Of a stretch of 64,000 nt of DNA, positions 38,601-53,738 are shown in pieces. Source of the stretch: Tubulanus polymorphus (lineage: Eukaryota > Animalia > Nemertea). The stretch's first letter is position 1. Each line of letters starts with the position of its first letter. Under the pieces are notes generated by a model. The model did not search any database. It saw only the letters and a program-made list of their open reading frames with translations, and was not told where the DNA came from. Made by a program: the position numbers and the translations under genes. The stretch lies in NCBI RefSeq assembly GCF_964204645.1, contig NC_134027.1, positions 25,878,560-25,942,559 of the forward strand, written 5' to 3'.

Positions 38601-39394
38601 ATCGAACGAGCTCTTTAAAGAGCTTCCGAACTGGCACGAGTCAAAGTTGCTTCGAAACATCTGCGAATGATTGGGGAATTAAACGTTTATTCATCAACTG
38701 AACTCAGTTTCTATCCACCGAAATCATCAGATAGAAATAGAGACCGGCTTAATGGCATTTAATACATCGCGCCTCCACTTCCTGAAAGCTGCTACCGTCG
38801 CCGCCGTATCAATCCGCGACGAAAAGACAAAATTGGTATTTGCGAAAAGGCTCGTCTTAATTACAATTCGTGGCGGTTATCAGCGCGGGGAATCGTGATA
38901 GAACTGTACGGGTCCGGGGCCTGTAATCAGATCAGTGGTGAGCTGAAAGCTCGTGCCATCCGACTGTGACAAACATCGGATTAAAACAATACCCGAGTCA
39001 ATTACAATTTACGCATGACAGAATGGGAAAATTGGCAAGATACGTGGAAATTAATGCCAATAGCTGGAAGGTGTCGCAAAACTCATCAGAATTTTAGCCG
39101 TTTTTTAATTATAGCTTATACATGTTTTATAACCAACCAATCGGTGAAAATAAGGGAATATTTCATCCTCGGCGCCGACCGGCGGCGGTGCGGCATCAAT
39201 ATAATTACACGGTTGACGTTCATTGTTATGGCGTAATATCGAGGATTGTTTGAATTGTGCGAAAGGTCACTGCAGATCATCCTCGCTACGAGAACGACAA
39301 TCAGTGACGTCTCAATAGCGACGAAACTGATTTGAAAGTTTAACGGCGCCTTGGAAAACGACATATATACGTATATATCGCTTGGTATTACGTT

Positions 39395-39595
39395 GAAAAC
39401 CCATTATATACACAATTTGAATGATTAAAACGAATTTCATCTATCAAAAATTAAAATCAAAACACTATAGGTTTAGTTATTTTCTCACACCTGATGATGA
39501 TCTTTAGAGAGAGTCCAAAAGGTCGTGTCATTTTATTTCAATTTTTGATAGATGAAATTCGCTTTTAATCTTCTAAATTTTGTATTTTGTTGGAA
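39395..39595 (+). mobile_element. Hammerhead family 1 fold-back element, second copy with decayed core
   Basis: Arms gattaaaacgaatttcatctatcaaaaatt / aatttttgatagatgaaattcgcttttaatc surround ACAC-CTGATGA-tgatctttagagagagtc-caaaag-GTC-GTGT. Confidence 0.7.
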
Positions 39596-41791
39596 TTAGA
39601 CGTACTATCTGTTCTCCACGTCAACGAACAATAAAGTTATTTTGGATTTGAATTGACCGGCAACCAGTCTAACTCCGATATCGATGACGTAGTGCACCCC
39701 CCACTCGCACAATACCCCGATTGCCATGAAAAAGACATTAACAAAAAGACATGAAAATTCTTTAGATCGAAAATGAGAGACATGAAATGTATCTAATTAC
39801 AAAGAAAGACCAATATTCGCAATTGTAGTTGTTTCATTTCAAACGCCAATATTGATGACGTAGTGCACCAAGTGCATCAACTCACCCGCCACCCTTTGAA
39901 TAACGTTCAGCAGTTATTAATATACAGAAACAATTTTGTAACGGTTTCTGCGGCGTCAAAAATATCAAGCGCGACAAACAAATATCGGGAAGAAGGTCTG
40001 ACAACCTTTCTAACTTCGATTATTAGAAGTTTTCATATATATTTATATGCACAAGTGATCAGATTTAAAAGACTTTTCGCGTGTCGTCAATTTCAGATGC
40101 GGCTCTTTATACAGCGCGCGTATATCGCTTTTAATAAGAGCATCTCAAATTAGCGACGCCGTCGAAAACTTGTCGAAAATTATTCGTCCTCGATCAAACA
40201 TCGGAACGAAATTAAATTACCGCGACAAAACAGTACTTCTCATAAGAATATGATCGCGCGAGATGACAATTTCTAGAAACCGAGCTCTTTGTCCGATTTC
40301 ATCAAAAACGACTCTTAAAGACGAAGGCCGACCTGCGGGACTGACAGGTCGCAACCGTGTCGACTAATACATTGTTGACAGTCCCTTGACATCCAACAAA
40401 TATTCGTCGATATCAATGTTTGAACAATGAACGGCTGCAACAAACCTGACACTGTCATCCCGTCAACTAAACATCAAATCATACTAATATTCATAGCCAT
40501 CGTTTTGATAGCTATTCGGATTTAGAAAGCGATCTTCCATCAATTTTAATCAATTTCGTTTGTCAGTAAGTTTTTATCGGTTAATGTGCTGTCTGTTTGC
40601 GTCTTTTGGTGGCATACATGAGAGTGGAGGGAAGACGCTGAAACATATTTGAGAACTAAACCGATTGCGGGTCCATTTCAAACACTAATACTGAATTCAT
40701 AAGTCACGGACTTTGTAATGCAAATAGTGTAATCACGTGACTAATAATGAGATCATGGACTCTTCTTTTTGGAGTGGTCAGACTAAGTATGACGTAACGA
40801 CACGTCATAATGGACGTTAAGTGCAGATGACTATTGTCACATTGACTGCCAATATGACGATCGCTATGCATGACCTCAATAGCGTCATCATTAGTACCAA
40901 AACGAGTTTGTCAATAAATCAAAAACAAAATGGCGGCTTTTTCACCCGAAGAAAATTAGGGTGTATGGTCTACAGATAGGGCTACGGGTCTAGAAGGTTA
41001 GGGTATAAAAGGTTGGGGTCTAGGGGTTAGGGTTTGGGTTATGTAGTTCCATATGAAAGGGGTCAGTGACAAACCGGGACGCATTGGTGAACATTAACCA
41101 TCTCTGGCAAGTGGGGACGAACTAATTACCACGCTCGACAAAGAATCTGCCAAAATGCGATTTATCCAGTTCTGTATACGTGCGCGCGTATGATGGTTTC
41201 TATGATTTATACATGTGTCATTTATCAGCGGCGGTCAAACCGTAAGCGTGCTTTATTATTGCACCTATATGAATATTGTTCGGGGGGCTATCTTAATAAA
41301 GTAGAGCTGCATAAAGATTAAAAGAACTGAGTTCGGAATGGCTTCACTAATGAATGATAAAGTGTCTGCGACTTCCTGTTGCCTGCACCAGGTCGCACTG
41401 AGACGATACGATTCAGTAATATGTATGCAAATAAGTCGCATACTCTATCATTGTCCGTTATTAGCAAATATCCATCATCGCCTGCCAGATTCGGAACCGT
41501 CCTCGCTCGCCTCGGGGAGCCATCCCTTTCCAAGGGCCGATTCCTAACGATTACGTTATCGTCGCAAATATCATTCCGGTGAAATATACAAAAGGTTCCA
41601 CACTGTTTTGTTTGGTTAATTTGACTCAAATTAGTTAATTTTCAATGATTTTATTTTATTCACAACTGCGGAATTGGCTGGAGAAGTATCGAAACGTGAG
41701 TCCTAGAAGGTAAAACTAATAAAATGCGTGGTACTAGCGAAAAATTTGTTTTGAATTCAAAAACAATGATTGTACTGCATCAGTGTATATT

Positions 41792-41954
41792 ACGGAAGTG
41801 TCCCGCGGACATGATATGATATTCCTTTTTTAGAATTTTTTGCCGATTGAAAAATCATAAAATTCAATGAAAATTCGATTTCTTTTCTAATTTCGTGATC
41901 TTTCAACCAGCAGACAATCTATAAGGAATCATTACGTCCCCAAGATACTTCCGT
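41792..41954. mobile_element. Fold-back MITE-like element
   Basis: acggaagtgtccc...atgatattcctt / aaggaatcat...gatacttccgt imperfect inverted arms. Confidence 0.5.
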
Positions 41955-44900
41955 TCTTTATACTCGATTCATTATACTTGATGTTTTCTCTTCTAAACCT
42001 CGATGTATAATGTATAACAAAGATGGTGATCCAATATACTGAAAATACCGTCTACCGAAAAACCCATTTATTCCAGCATTGCTAATCATGATCTCATTTA
42101 GAACGAGAAAAAAAAACGTCGGTATTATCAGTCTATATCAGACGTTATTGTCTAAACTTATAAACGTTATTAACATCGAAAGTATCTTCGTATGTCCTCA
42201 AGTGTCGAACAGGTCAGCCATTACCCTGGAAGCTGCCTTATACAAAGCTTACGTCTAATTACATCGTGACCCGAGCTCTTTCCATAAAATCCTAATGCCA
42301 ATATGCGCGCATTGCCCTGGGGATAGTCGACCACTCAAAGACATTTTTACTTAACGAGCGATGGAACATGATGGATGAACAATTATATTAGAAAGTGAAT
42401 TATTTATCGCGGTAATACGTAGGGCAGTGTCATTTAACCTACCAGTCACAATGGATTAGGGATGGAGATGTTCGCGTACTGTAAAATGCTAATTGTCACT
42501 CCCACCTCCCATTTACACGTACATATAGGTGCGACTCAGATATATATATATATATCTTTTCTCTGAATGTCTGCCTATTTCAGAGAGGATCTAGAAAATT
42601 AGAAGGCCAGGCTCCGGGAGAAAAGAAAAGGCATCTCGGATAAGTCAATGGCCTATATTGGGGTTCCATGTGGTTCCGCCCTAGGTTTTAGTTACTTCTA
42701 AGGAAATACATCTGAAAGGTAGCAATTTCGGAATGAATGTAAAATCTGCAGGTTTTAACGATCACTGTCTCCATCTCAGTGGGAGGAAGAGCCAGCACAG
42801 TGAGAAGTCAGACCCCGGAGACTCCCCACTCCCTAAATCCACCCCTGAATGTAAATCATGGTAAAATGTTTCAGTGTATCTCATCTTCTTCAAACTGTAT
42901 CTATATTTCTCTGCTGCTGCCTCTGTGAATGCAAATATCATGTTTGATCTCGTTTTTTGTGCTCTGTGCAAATGTGATTCTTTGTGTGAAGCAATTTGAT
43001 AAAGAAAACAACGAAAAAAATAATATTTCAGATTTATTTTAGAAGGTTCGACTGTAGAATTATATCTAATATGACTGGGTAGAATATACCACAGTAAAAG
43101 AGCGGTAAATTCAAAAACGTTTTCGCCAACATTTCGGTTCGCTATTAATTAAATATAGAAAACATTTTGCGAACAAACTCCACGTTCCAAACATTTAATC
43201 ACGGCCGTACAAAAAAGAAACGTCTCGCGCTAGTCGGCGACATATTGTTAATTAGATGACGAGGGTGACAGGTCAGGCACGGAACCGGCGCAAAAACCTG
43301 TCGCCGCAGCGGTAGCAAGTGGATGGAGGAAAGAACGCCTCGTGGCGCATTGTGGATGTGGAGAACATGGCTTATGAAGCTAATATCAACCGGGATGTAA
43401 AGATGTTAGTTGGCCGCACGGAGCACTGGTGCGTAATGAATATACTGCCATCCAGACACATCATGCAAAACCGTTGTAATATACAATACATAATTCACCA
43501 GCGAATATAGAAATATCGTAGGGTATAAAAACAACCAGAACTAGAGCGTGATGTGTTCGACGCATGACGTGCTAAAATGTAATACATCTTACTGGTGGAA
43601 ATTAAAACCTACAAAATCAATTGCGTTTTACACCCTTTTTTTTTAATTAATGAAAAATTTCAAGACCGCTAATATCAAGGTCTACGGTACAGGTATAAAT
43701 CATATTTAACTGTGAATTATCAATGAACTTCGCCGAAAACTTTCTACGAAAGTCGAATCGGTTTATGAAAAATGGAATATCGGGATCTTCGAGTTAAGAT
43801 TTGCACGCATAGCTAACTCATTGAAAAATGAACTAATCGTATCGCACAGATAACTCACAGATAAGTCACCGAACTAGAACCTGAGTTCAGAGGTAACTCT
43901 CTAACTCACAACTAGTGTCTAACTGGATCCTGTGTTCAGAGTTAACTCTAACTCACAAATGTCGAACCCGACCCCTGAGTTCAGAGTTGACACGATTAAC
44001 TCTCAACTCACAACTGTCGAACTGACGAACTGATGCTGCACATTAGATACACAAAATTTAGTTCGTTTCTTCGAAATTTGATACCTAATCATTGGAAATG
44101 ATTACGTTTTACGTTCGAGATAAGAATATGCAAAAATGATGCTTCCCGGATGCGCAGAAGGCATGGTGATGCGAAGTCACCGTACAGAGGTGTAGATGAT
44201 AGTGTTTTGATGAGTAGAGCGACGGCTATGAAGGGTATAGACCGGCCGGGATACTGCTGCTGTAACGAGATGAATGATACATTGATTATATCGTCCACGA
44301 TAAAAGAAACGACATCATGAAAAACCACTTCTAAAAATCTAATTAATATATGATTAATACGTTTCTAATTAAATCGCTGACAAATGATGAGACGCACAAT
44401 GGTAAATTCGACCCAGATTGTGTCGTTTTTTCCAATTACGCGGGCTAGGTTTCCGTTTGGGTTTTGTTCCACGCATTACCAATCAGCAACCCTCATAAAA
44501 TAAGCGATACTACAACAATATCGCGGGTGTTATACAAGATTAATGAGCAAACGTTCTCTCTTGAATATTTAATTAAAATTACCCGCTCTCTTTTCGCCTA
44601 CGACATTTTAATTAGTTTTCGATTCTTTCGTCTACGAACCGCGGTAAAATAGAATTTACAATAATAACAACCATCGCACAACAGTTTTGCGGTGTAGCGG
44701 CCGATATCAATGAGATCTAGTCATTAAGATGGTAAAGGATAGAGAAATTATTCGCTATATGATATCGTAGTGGCATTGGATTCGTTCCCATAGTTACAAA
44801 TCGCCCGTCTTAAAAGACGTTAAATCCGGTAGTTTTTTATTTGATAATTGCTTATGATCACTAATGCACCCTCGCTGCAAACCACGAGTTTAGTGAATGG

Positions 44901-47127
44901 AATTATTCCCCAAAATTATGTTTTAGATCATTTCTTAACTTCGCCAGAGAACAATGAAATCTGGAAGAAGTTGGAAAATGAGGCGGAATATGCGTACATT
45001 CTGAAAAGAGGGTTCGATTCCTGCTGGCTGCTTGCAGTGTGCGGACAACCCTTCAAATACCGTCCAGTCGTGAGGTTGAAATTATTTCTTATCTTGGAAA
45101 ACTAAGACCCGAATGAGTAAAAACAAACAAGCAAGCCCACAACACAAAGTCGTAAATTGGAAAGAAGCGCGCGAATGACGATCTATGGTAGACTGTATGG
45201 TGGTGACATCTACAGAACATAATGAACACTAAAATAATCACCACAGCTTGCTTGACTGGAACTCCTTCAATCTTCAATCGTTACAAATATTCAACCTATA
45301 ATTTTTATAATAACTTATCAATTGGACAAAATTGGACACTTCATATCGTTGTAAAGCCTTCGAAATTGAACATTTTAGAAAAACTAATAATAACGAGCTT
45401 ATAATAGAAATACACGTATATATAAGTACATCGCCTGTGAGTATTGTAATAATTTGAAGTATGTTCATCATTGTTACGAGTACTGTCATTGAGTAGTGAC
45501 GGACCAGGTGTAATTAACGACATTGAAGAGATACTCGTCAGTCTAATTCAGGTTATTACAAATATCGAGACATCTGGTTCTACTTGACGACTTCACTAAC
45601 TTATTATCATCACTGCGTATTTTACCGATAGATTATGTGAATTTCACAGAGTTGATGAATAGCAATGCGTGATTAGATCTAAAAAGATTGATAACTTGTT
45701 TTTCATTTCTGCTGGGCTTTAAAGTTGACCCGGTCGGCCGCCTATCTACCCTGTACATTACTTTCTTAAAATCATGATCAAGCTAACAATAACAGACCCG
45801 GCGGTTTTAGAAATGAACTGATTACAAATTCTGTTGGTTTTTCAAAATGACCCAGCCGATTAGGAGAAACATATCGTATAGGCACGTAACATCTTCATAG
45901 CCTTATGATCCAGGAATCAAACGTTTTTATGGTTAGGATGATATTTAATTGGTGCGGGGGTGAGTATCCTGTGTGCCGCGCTGAACAGAGAGGGTCGGCC
46001 ATTGACCTATCCACGTACGAACCCCAGAAATATGTTTCCAAGCGCCCTTTAACATAGTGCCCCAAATTTGGGGCAGATCTTAGAAAAAAGCCTGGTTAAT
46101 CAGTGACACACATGCGCGCTGTTTCGATCGAAAAGGGCACCCGCATATATGAAATTTTCTTATTCACCGCGCTAAATAATGGGATATCTACCGGGGGGGG
46201 GGGGAAGTTTACCTGTTACCTTTTGACAAGTTTTGGACCCGCCCTTGAGAAAAAAAATCCACATTTCTATTATTTGACGCGGAGTGGATTCAGTTTGATA
46301 TACTACATGCATTCAAATCCAATAAAAATATCGACCTATCTACATAGATAAACAGTACATCTGAAAGAGGCGTGAACGAAATTAAAACTCTACAGTTAAC
46401 ACAAACGTATATCGCGTAGTTAATACCTTACGCGGCCGCATCAGAAATAACAATGATGTTTTACTCTGGCAGTCGAGTCTTTTGTGCGAGAGAGACGACC
46501 TGCCCCGGGGCTTAGCAAACGACACTAACTCACAGCCGCGGGTTACTATTGAAAAACTCAGCTTTCCGCGCGCTATTTACCTCGTAATTATCAACGATAA
46601 TGTGCGCTGATATTCGCCGCAGATTCGTCGTCTAATTTCTCGCTTTCCTAATAAAAACCCGCGACGATCTGCATTATACATGTATGTATATGATATGCGC
46701 ACGAATTTAGGGAAGATAATTTAGTTTTTACGGCTTCAGACTCGTGAATAGATATTTGTCATGTGCCGGGCTATGATTGGATACTAGTAAATGATACCTG
46801 ATTGCTGGTAATTTTCTGCGTGGCATCAACAAAAGTTTTTAACTTCGAATGAACCATTTAAAAATCGTACGAACTGGAAATTTGACGAATCGTCTGGTTT
46901 TATAACTTCGATCGTGTTTTTTTTTCATATTGAAATAGGGAATTGTGAATAGGGAACCAAACCTGTCGGGAACGGATCAGGGTGTTTCTAGCAAACGCGG
47001 TAGGACCATCGGATCGTGGCCTTGCGTTAACATCTATTCTGAAGAAGCCTTTTCAAAATGATTATGATATCTAGAAATTACTGGACAAACCTTAAACAAA
47101 GAGAATTCACTCACTTGTCTATTTAGT

Positions 47128-47170
47128 ATGAATGAATGAATGAATGAATGAATGAATGAACACTTTATTT
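47128..47170 (-). repeat. (GAAT)n microsatellite, probable retroposon 3' tail
   Basis: 8 units next to tttatt (AATAAA on the minus strand). Confidence 0.65.
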
Positions 47171-47438
47171 TTCAAATATAATTAACAGCATAGTGTACAA
47201 AGCATAATACAAAATACAGTGAATTAGACCTGGAGGGGCCTGTAGAAACTAAGAATGATCTATATAATCTTCCAGCTTTTTTAAGGACCCTGTTTTGGTA
47301 AATCATTCATTTGATCTTTTTGTATTACATAGATTTATTTCAAATATCAAAGTTTTTAATACCTATAGCACGATTTTTATATACTTAGCTCAACCGCAGG
47401 TTTCTATACCCACCCATGAAGTACGAATTAGTATAGTA

Positions 47439-47731
<293 letters not shown>

Positions 47732-50700
47732 GATGCACATAGCTAATCTAGAAACAGAGCAAAACAGTCAGAAATTAATCAAATTATCTGTGTTCACGAT
47801 CCGGATACAATCAATATCTGAAATGATAATAGAAAAGCTAATAATATGTTTACATCTTAAGGGGCTACGCATTGTTGTTGCCGTCATCGAAATATATCAA
47901 TATTGTTTATACAGTCATTCGATACCGTACGACGTATCTCGGCAAATTAATAACGCAATGAAGAGGTGTGGTTGTTTAAAAGCCAAACGCGTGTTAATAT
48001 ATATACATACGGTAAACAATTTCTCCGCAACCCCCCCAAAAAATACTAAAAATGAAACCGACTCCTCTTTGTCGCGTGTTGCGCCCATGTCGAACTTGTT
48101 TTTAGAATAATTGAGAAAATGTCGTCACAACATGACGCAGAAATTCATCACCGTCTTCCGGAAAATTACCCGAATAAAGATTAATGTTTGCGGTAATTCG
48201 ATGGTCATGCGGTGTCCATCATAGTCCATCGCGTGTCCTAGTGTAATTATTGACCGCTGCAAAGTGGTGCCGGTCACCGAGACATTCTGTTTCATTCCGA
48301 GATTAATAACTGCGTCTATAACGAATCCATCACGTAAACCCAGTGCAAAAAATCGTCCAGATCGTGTATCATTAATTTCTTTGTTTGTGACCTGATCTTA
48401 TTGCGGATACATTTCGTGTTTCCTAATTCGCTTCGGTTTTGAAAAAAACTCCGATAAGTTGTCGATAGCGTCATGAAGTTCGTTGATGAGATTGTCATGA
48501 TGGCCAAAAATTCGTCTCGCCCCACAAAATACGTCATGGAATATGTGGTGTAAAATCTAGTGAAAAATGAACGTGGGTTTCTGGGAGTGATCTATCGACG
48601 AAAATTGACGCCATTTAATCAGAATCAAATTTGAAAATATAGAATTTCTTATCGTTATATCGGTACGATGAACAGAACATGTTCAGAGATATCATAAACC
48701 TTTTTACCAATATTCACATCATTCTGCGCTGACCACGAAAACAGGGATTCTCCTTAGAGAGAGACTTATCGAAATTTCGACCATTCAACTGAATTCGACG
48801 ACTTGATGAAACACTCGCTCCGTTTTGTAACGATAACATTGAAAAATCGGTATTCCAGAAGATAACTATTATGATAGGATATAGTCGAAACATCGAAGAT
48901 AAATCTCTAACCAAAAGGAAACCTTTTTGAACTTTTTTTTCTTTCTGAATGCGGGATTTTCTTTAAAGTAACAATTGGAATCCATGAGCAAGTTAATGAG
49001 TTCAGGATTTTGAATCCACTCTCAAAACAAGGTGTTCTAATTTAGAACTTTTCAGGGCTATCGGCTTGTCCAATTGGAGAACTCCGAAAGGTTCATCCGT
49101 ACGTTTTTCTAGAGAACGTCCCCTATGAAAGGTTCTTTGAAGAACCAATCCATTCAAAGAGTTCTTAGGAAGATGGTTCTTGACCGGGTTCATCGAAGTA
49201 CCATTATGAATGATTAATTTTCAGGGTTCCTCCAGTGTCTAAAGCAAAGCGCACGATGTTTAACAGATCATACGTTTTATAGAAACTCGCACGATGTCAA
49301 TTTGTATATGTCTCGCGCCGTGGTGGCTAATGGGTCATGCAACCCCGTTCTGTTTTAATAGAGTATAGGCCCAGCGGTCGAGATGCATCACGCAACTATA
49401 TACCGACTGACCATTATCACTCGTCTTTCTCCATCTCTCTCTCGATCATCCAAGGTCACGGCGCCATTAAAATCCGACCAATTCTCCGGCAGTAATTTCA
49501 GCGCTCTCGATAATGGCGCTTATTACGCATAATGAAAAACCCCAGGAAACGGTGGACATGACGAAACCGAACTGGCGCAATTTTTATGTTGCTAAGGAAT
49601 TAATTCGTGTTGCCGGTCAACAGCAACTTCCAGCAATTAATGGCGGGACATTTTCTCAGTGGTAGTTAAGTTTATTACCGCTGCGCCATGGATGCAATTA
49701 TCCTGCTTCCATTCTTTGTCCATAATAAATGAAGCTTATTTACTCCCCCGTTACATAATACATTCTCAGTCGGTCGAATTCCGAAGTAAAAATCGTAATT
49801 GCGTTATTTTGACCATCTCTGTCACGCTGAAATTCGTTATTGGCGTTCACATCGCTTGCCAGAGCTACTCTCAGTGCGTGCTGTCCATCTTACCTTAAAA
49901 TAAAGGAACAAGTCGAATACTTTAACAGTTAAGAGGGGTTCTTTCTGAAAGAAAGGTCCTGCTTCGGGTCGATTTGCTTTTAAATAATTTGTCGATTCAT
50001 TTGTAATTCTATTTTTTTTAAATCGTTTTGAAATCTAGTGATCTAAAAATAGCATCGGGGAACTCGTTTGTTCGTTTCAGCAATTTGTTCTCTTTTCAGT
50101 CAGTCAACCCACCAGGTGGAGGTGTTTAAAGACTAACATAGTTCTAAAGCCAATCCAACAATAAGACCAGTCTTAAGATTTAAGACCACTTGAGTCGCAA
50201 CTGTGCAAGCGGGCTCAAGAGTCTTTCCGCCGTGGCGCAACAAACAATCGGGGACAAGCATCAGAAACGAAGACATGTATATGCAACAAGCAGTAACACT
50301 GGTAAATCGGAGCAATAGTCGTTGTTACATTATCCCCAGCAGACCATCAGCTAATTATCACTGACCACTGGACATGTAAAAATCCACGCCGTTATCATAT
50401 GTCAGATATAATTGAACTCTCTGTAAAAAGGTGATAACGTTAGCGCGCGATGATCAGCGACACTTCTTACACCGACCTCGTGTTGTGCTGCTTGTATCAC
50501 CGATAAAAACAACGAAACTGCCGTTTTTTCAATACTTATCGAAAGTCTAAAATTGGATTCATCTGATTATTTTGCTAAGCAACAAAATAAACATACAATT
50601 AATCTAATTGCGGAAAATTATTCTATATCGTACATGTAATTGATATTCGGGCGAAGATTATTAGCTAATTTTTGCACAGTTTTTTATGGCCATCGCACCT

Positions 50701-51834
50701 TCCCTTAATGAAAACATTACAAGGGGTATTTCTGACCCGCTGACGTCACATTTAATGTAGACAAAAACGACGCAAAAATCTTAAAAAGAACGGTCGCGTC
50801 TGACGTGCGAAATAGTTTTCCTCGATGTTTTTGTTTTCGAGGATTTCCACTCAACGACGCTGCGCGTTGTGCTTGCTATAGATACACTACCCACAAGCAG
50901 AGATTTGAGAACCAAAAAAGAACAGGCCTTACATATTTTCAGGCAGGATTCTCTGCGCATAGTCAATATCAGATTCTATGATTAAAAAGCCAATATCTAC
51001 AAAAGATTAAGAGATGTTTGAATGATAAATGTTGCTTTTAATCTTTTAAATTATATTGAAATTAGTGGAATAGTGGATTTTCTATATGGTGGATTTTAAT
51101 CATGTAATTTTTCTCCACATCTAAGCGTGGCTATTCTACTTTGTAACGTATGCTGTTTTCATTTTTCGGTGCATGTTTTAGAAATTTAATACTCGCATAT
51201 TATTTTAGTTCTATATATATCAGTGATGGAACCGATGAAATACATCAGAAAGTCATAGAAATATAGATCCATACTAATCAAACATTGACACACGTATTCA
51301 AAGCCTCCAGTTTCATTCGCTTCGTGCTAATTTTGTTTATTCAGTCACTTTGAAATAGTTGAGATTTTGACACCCAAGTTCTCCAAAGTTCTTTCCCCTC
51401 GCGGGCAAATTCGATGTGTTGCGTTTATTTCTATTGATATCGATTAATTTTCTGTTTGCGCTCGTAGAATTCGTCACCGTTCTTCATTTACGCGTTAATC
51501 AGAAAACTTAAAGACTCTTTGAACGCGAATGTTATTTCGATAAAATTGTTTCGAGATCAAACGCGTCGACAAACGGGCGAGAGGCGCGCGACGAGCAAAG
51601 AGTTAAACTACAGATATACACGACGTGGAGCCGCGAGCAAAAACAAAACTACAAAACTCGTAAAAACAACAATTATTTGACGTGATAGATTGTCATCAGT
51701 TCTATTCAGTATTTCTAAAAAAAAAATAATCCAGCTAAAAATCAAATCAAACGAAATCTACCAATGAAATAAATGACAATCCCTATCTAAGGTCGGAAAT
51801 AATCTAAGTGCCAACAATTAGATCAACAAAATAA

Positions 51835-52262
51835 AGTCCGAGATGTTTCCTTGAGCTAGTGTAGTTTATTCAACGTTTCGACTATATCCTAATAGTCATC
51901 TTCAGTATTCCCGCAGATGACGGATGTAGTCGTAACGTTCATTCAAAGTTTCGACTATATCCTAATAGTCATCTTCAGTATTCCCGAAGATGACTGTTTT
52001 AGGAGGATATAGTCGAAACGTCTGTAGATGAAATCCTACGCTAAGAATGAAATGTTAGGAATCTTCTGAAGTATTCTTGAAGATTAATACTATATGATGA
52101 TTAGTTTATCTAATATTTCGACTATATATCCTACTACTAGGATATAGTCGAAATAAACGAATAAACTACTAGCTGAAGGAAATATTTCGGACTTCGTTTT
52201 GCACTCATAGCGTGGGAGTTTCATAGCATCCTCACAACACGGACTCGCAATATTTCATCAAC
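51835..52262. mobile_element. Cluster of hammerhead family 2 cores in both orientations (Penelope-like terminal-repeat remnant)
   Basis: gtttcgactatatcctaatagtcatcttcag occurs twice (minus: CTGAAGA-t-GACTAT-taggat-ATAGTC-GAAAC). Plus-strand copies tattcccgcagatgac..., tattcccgaagatgac...atagtcgaaacgtc, and another inverted pair at 52115-52155. Confidence 0.75.
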
Positions 52263-53600
52263 GGATAAATCGAAAAGCTATAACGTCTTTCTTCGCTAAT
52301 GTATCCGAATAACTCATCGATATGAAATAGTATTTAGATATGCGAGTAATATACGAATTTTTCACGATTCCTTTACGAGAATTTTCATGCGTCTATGCCT
52401 TCATTTAATAGTTCGATCGAATGCAATCAAATGTAACTTCATAAACGCTAATTTTTTATAGAATGTTCGAGAATTCGACGGACGCCTCGGGTAGTTTTCC
52501 GTTTCATGTCAATGGCACACGTTCAATTATTGATGGGTTTTGATTACTTAACGCCTTATTGTCTATAGGTGACTCGCTCCGTCGCATAAAACGATTCAGC
52601 TATTTACGACGCGCGAAATCAAACATTTCTAAACTATCAGCGCATTTTTAAGCAAGATAATTCGTCATGTACAAATCAGCGATCCATATTTCGTTGTAAA
52701 TGTATATATACATGAAATTACATTAACAGCGACGAATCGAAACTGTTTATTCGATGTATGTGATTTTCTAGTTGCCCTCGAAATATACGGAAAAGCCTCG
52801 AGCACTATCGGCCGTGATCCACAATCAACAAAGCCCCAGCACTCAGCATGCGACAAGACCCCTGGGTTTTCTGGGGTGCGATACTCTGATTCTTGGCCCC
52901 TCTTGTTTATTCATTGACCATCCTGCTTGTCGTGTCAAATACTGCTTTTTCAACATCCTCTGCCCTTGTGATTAGGGAAAATTCTCTCTAGATTCTGCGG
53001 TAAATACTTTACCCCCGTTGGCCTGATTCGTGCTTATGGATATTTCGTTCAAATCGTTTCTCCCTGAACTACATGTAGAGAAAATGAGTGAAAAATGTCG
53101 TCAAGGTCGACTTTTATAAACCTGATAAATACATCGATGTTAAATCAATTCTGTTTGTTGTTTACAAGTTCCTGTTAATTTTAGAATTAAAATCAATTTA
53201 TTAACAAAACCGTTCACATTCCGCAATCGAATGTATTGATCAAAAAATGCTGTTACAACTTTCGACTTATCGCTAGAAGAAAAAAATACATGCATTAATC
53301 ATCTCATTTCATAGTACAAAAACCAGCGAATGTTCGTCACTGCATCACGATACAGTTGAACCCTAGCCTGAGGGTAGGATTCCCAAAAAACCTGGTCAAA
53401 GAAATTGGAGGATTTCACCAAAGATTTCACCACCTTTGCCTTTTCTGATTGATGTTTTGCATTATTTCTTCGAAACATATTCAAAACACGACTTAGATAT
53501 GATTCAAAATCCCGCAAAAAGTGCGAGTAAAGGATCCAAAATGTTTCCTTGAGGAAGCGGTTTATTTTATTCAACGATTCAGCTTTATATGGCTCTTCAG

Positions 53601-53738
53601 GAGCTGGTTCCTCAGTTGAGACTTGAGTCCAAAAATGGTCTTAAATTCTAAGACTGGTCTTAAGTTGTTAGAGTGGTTATAGAACTAAGATGGTCTTAGA
53701 TTGGTCTTATGTCTAAGCCACGACTATGCAACTGGGCC
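53601..53738 (-). mobile_element. MITE family A inserted into a hammerhead family 2 element
   Basis: [cag]gagctggttcc...tgcaactgggcc[cag]. The flanks (53535-53600 and 53742-53810) are the inverted arms of the hammerhead element. Confidence 0.8.
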
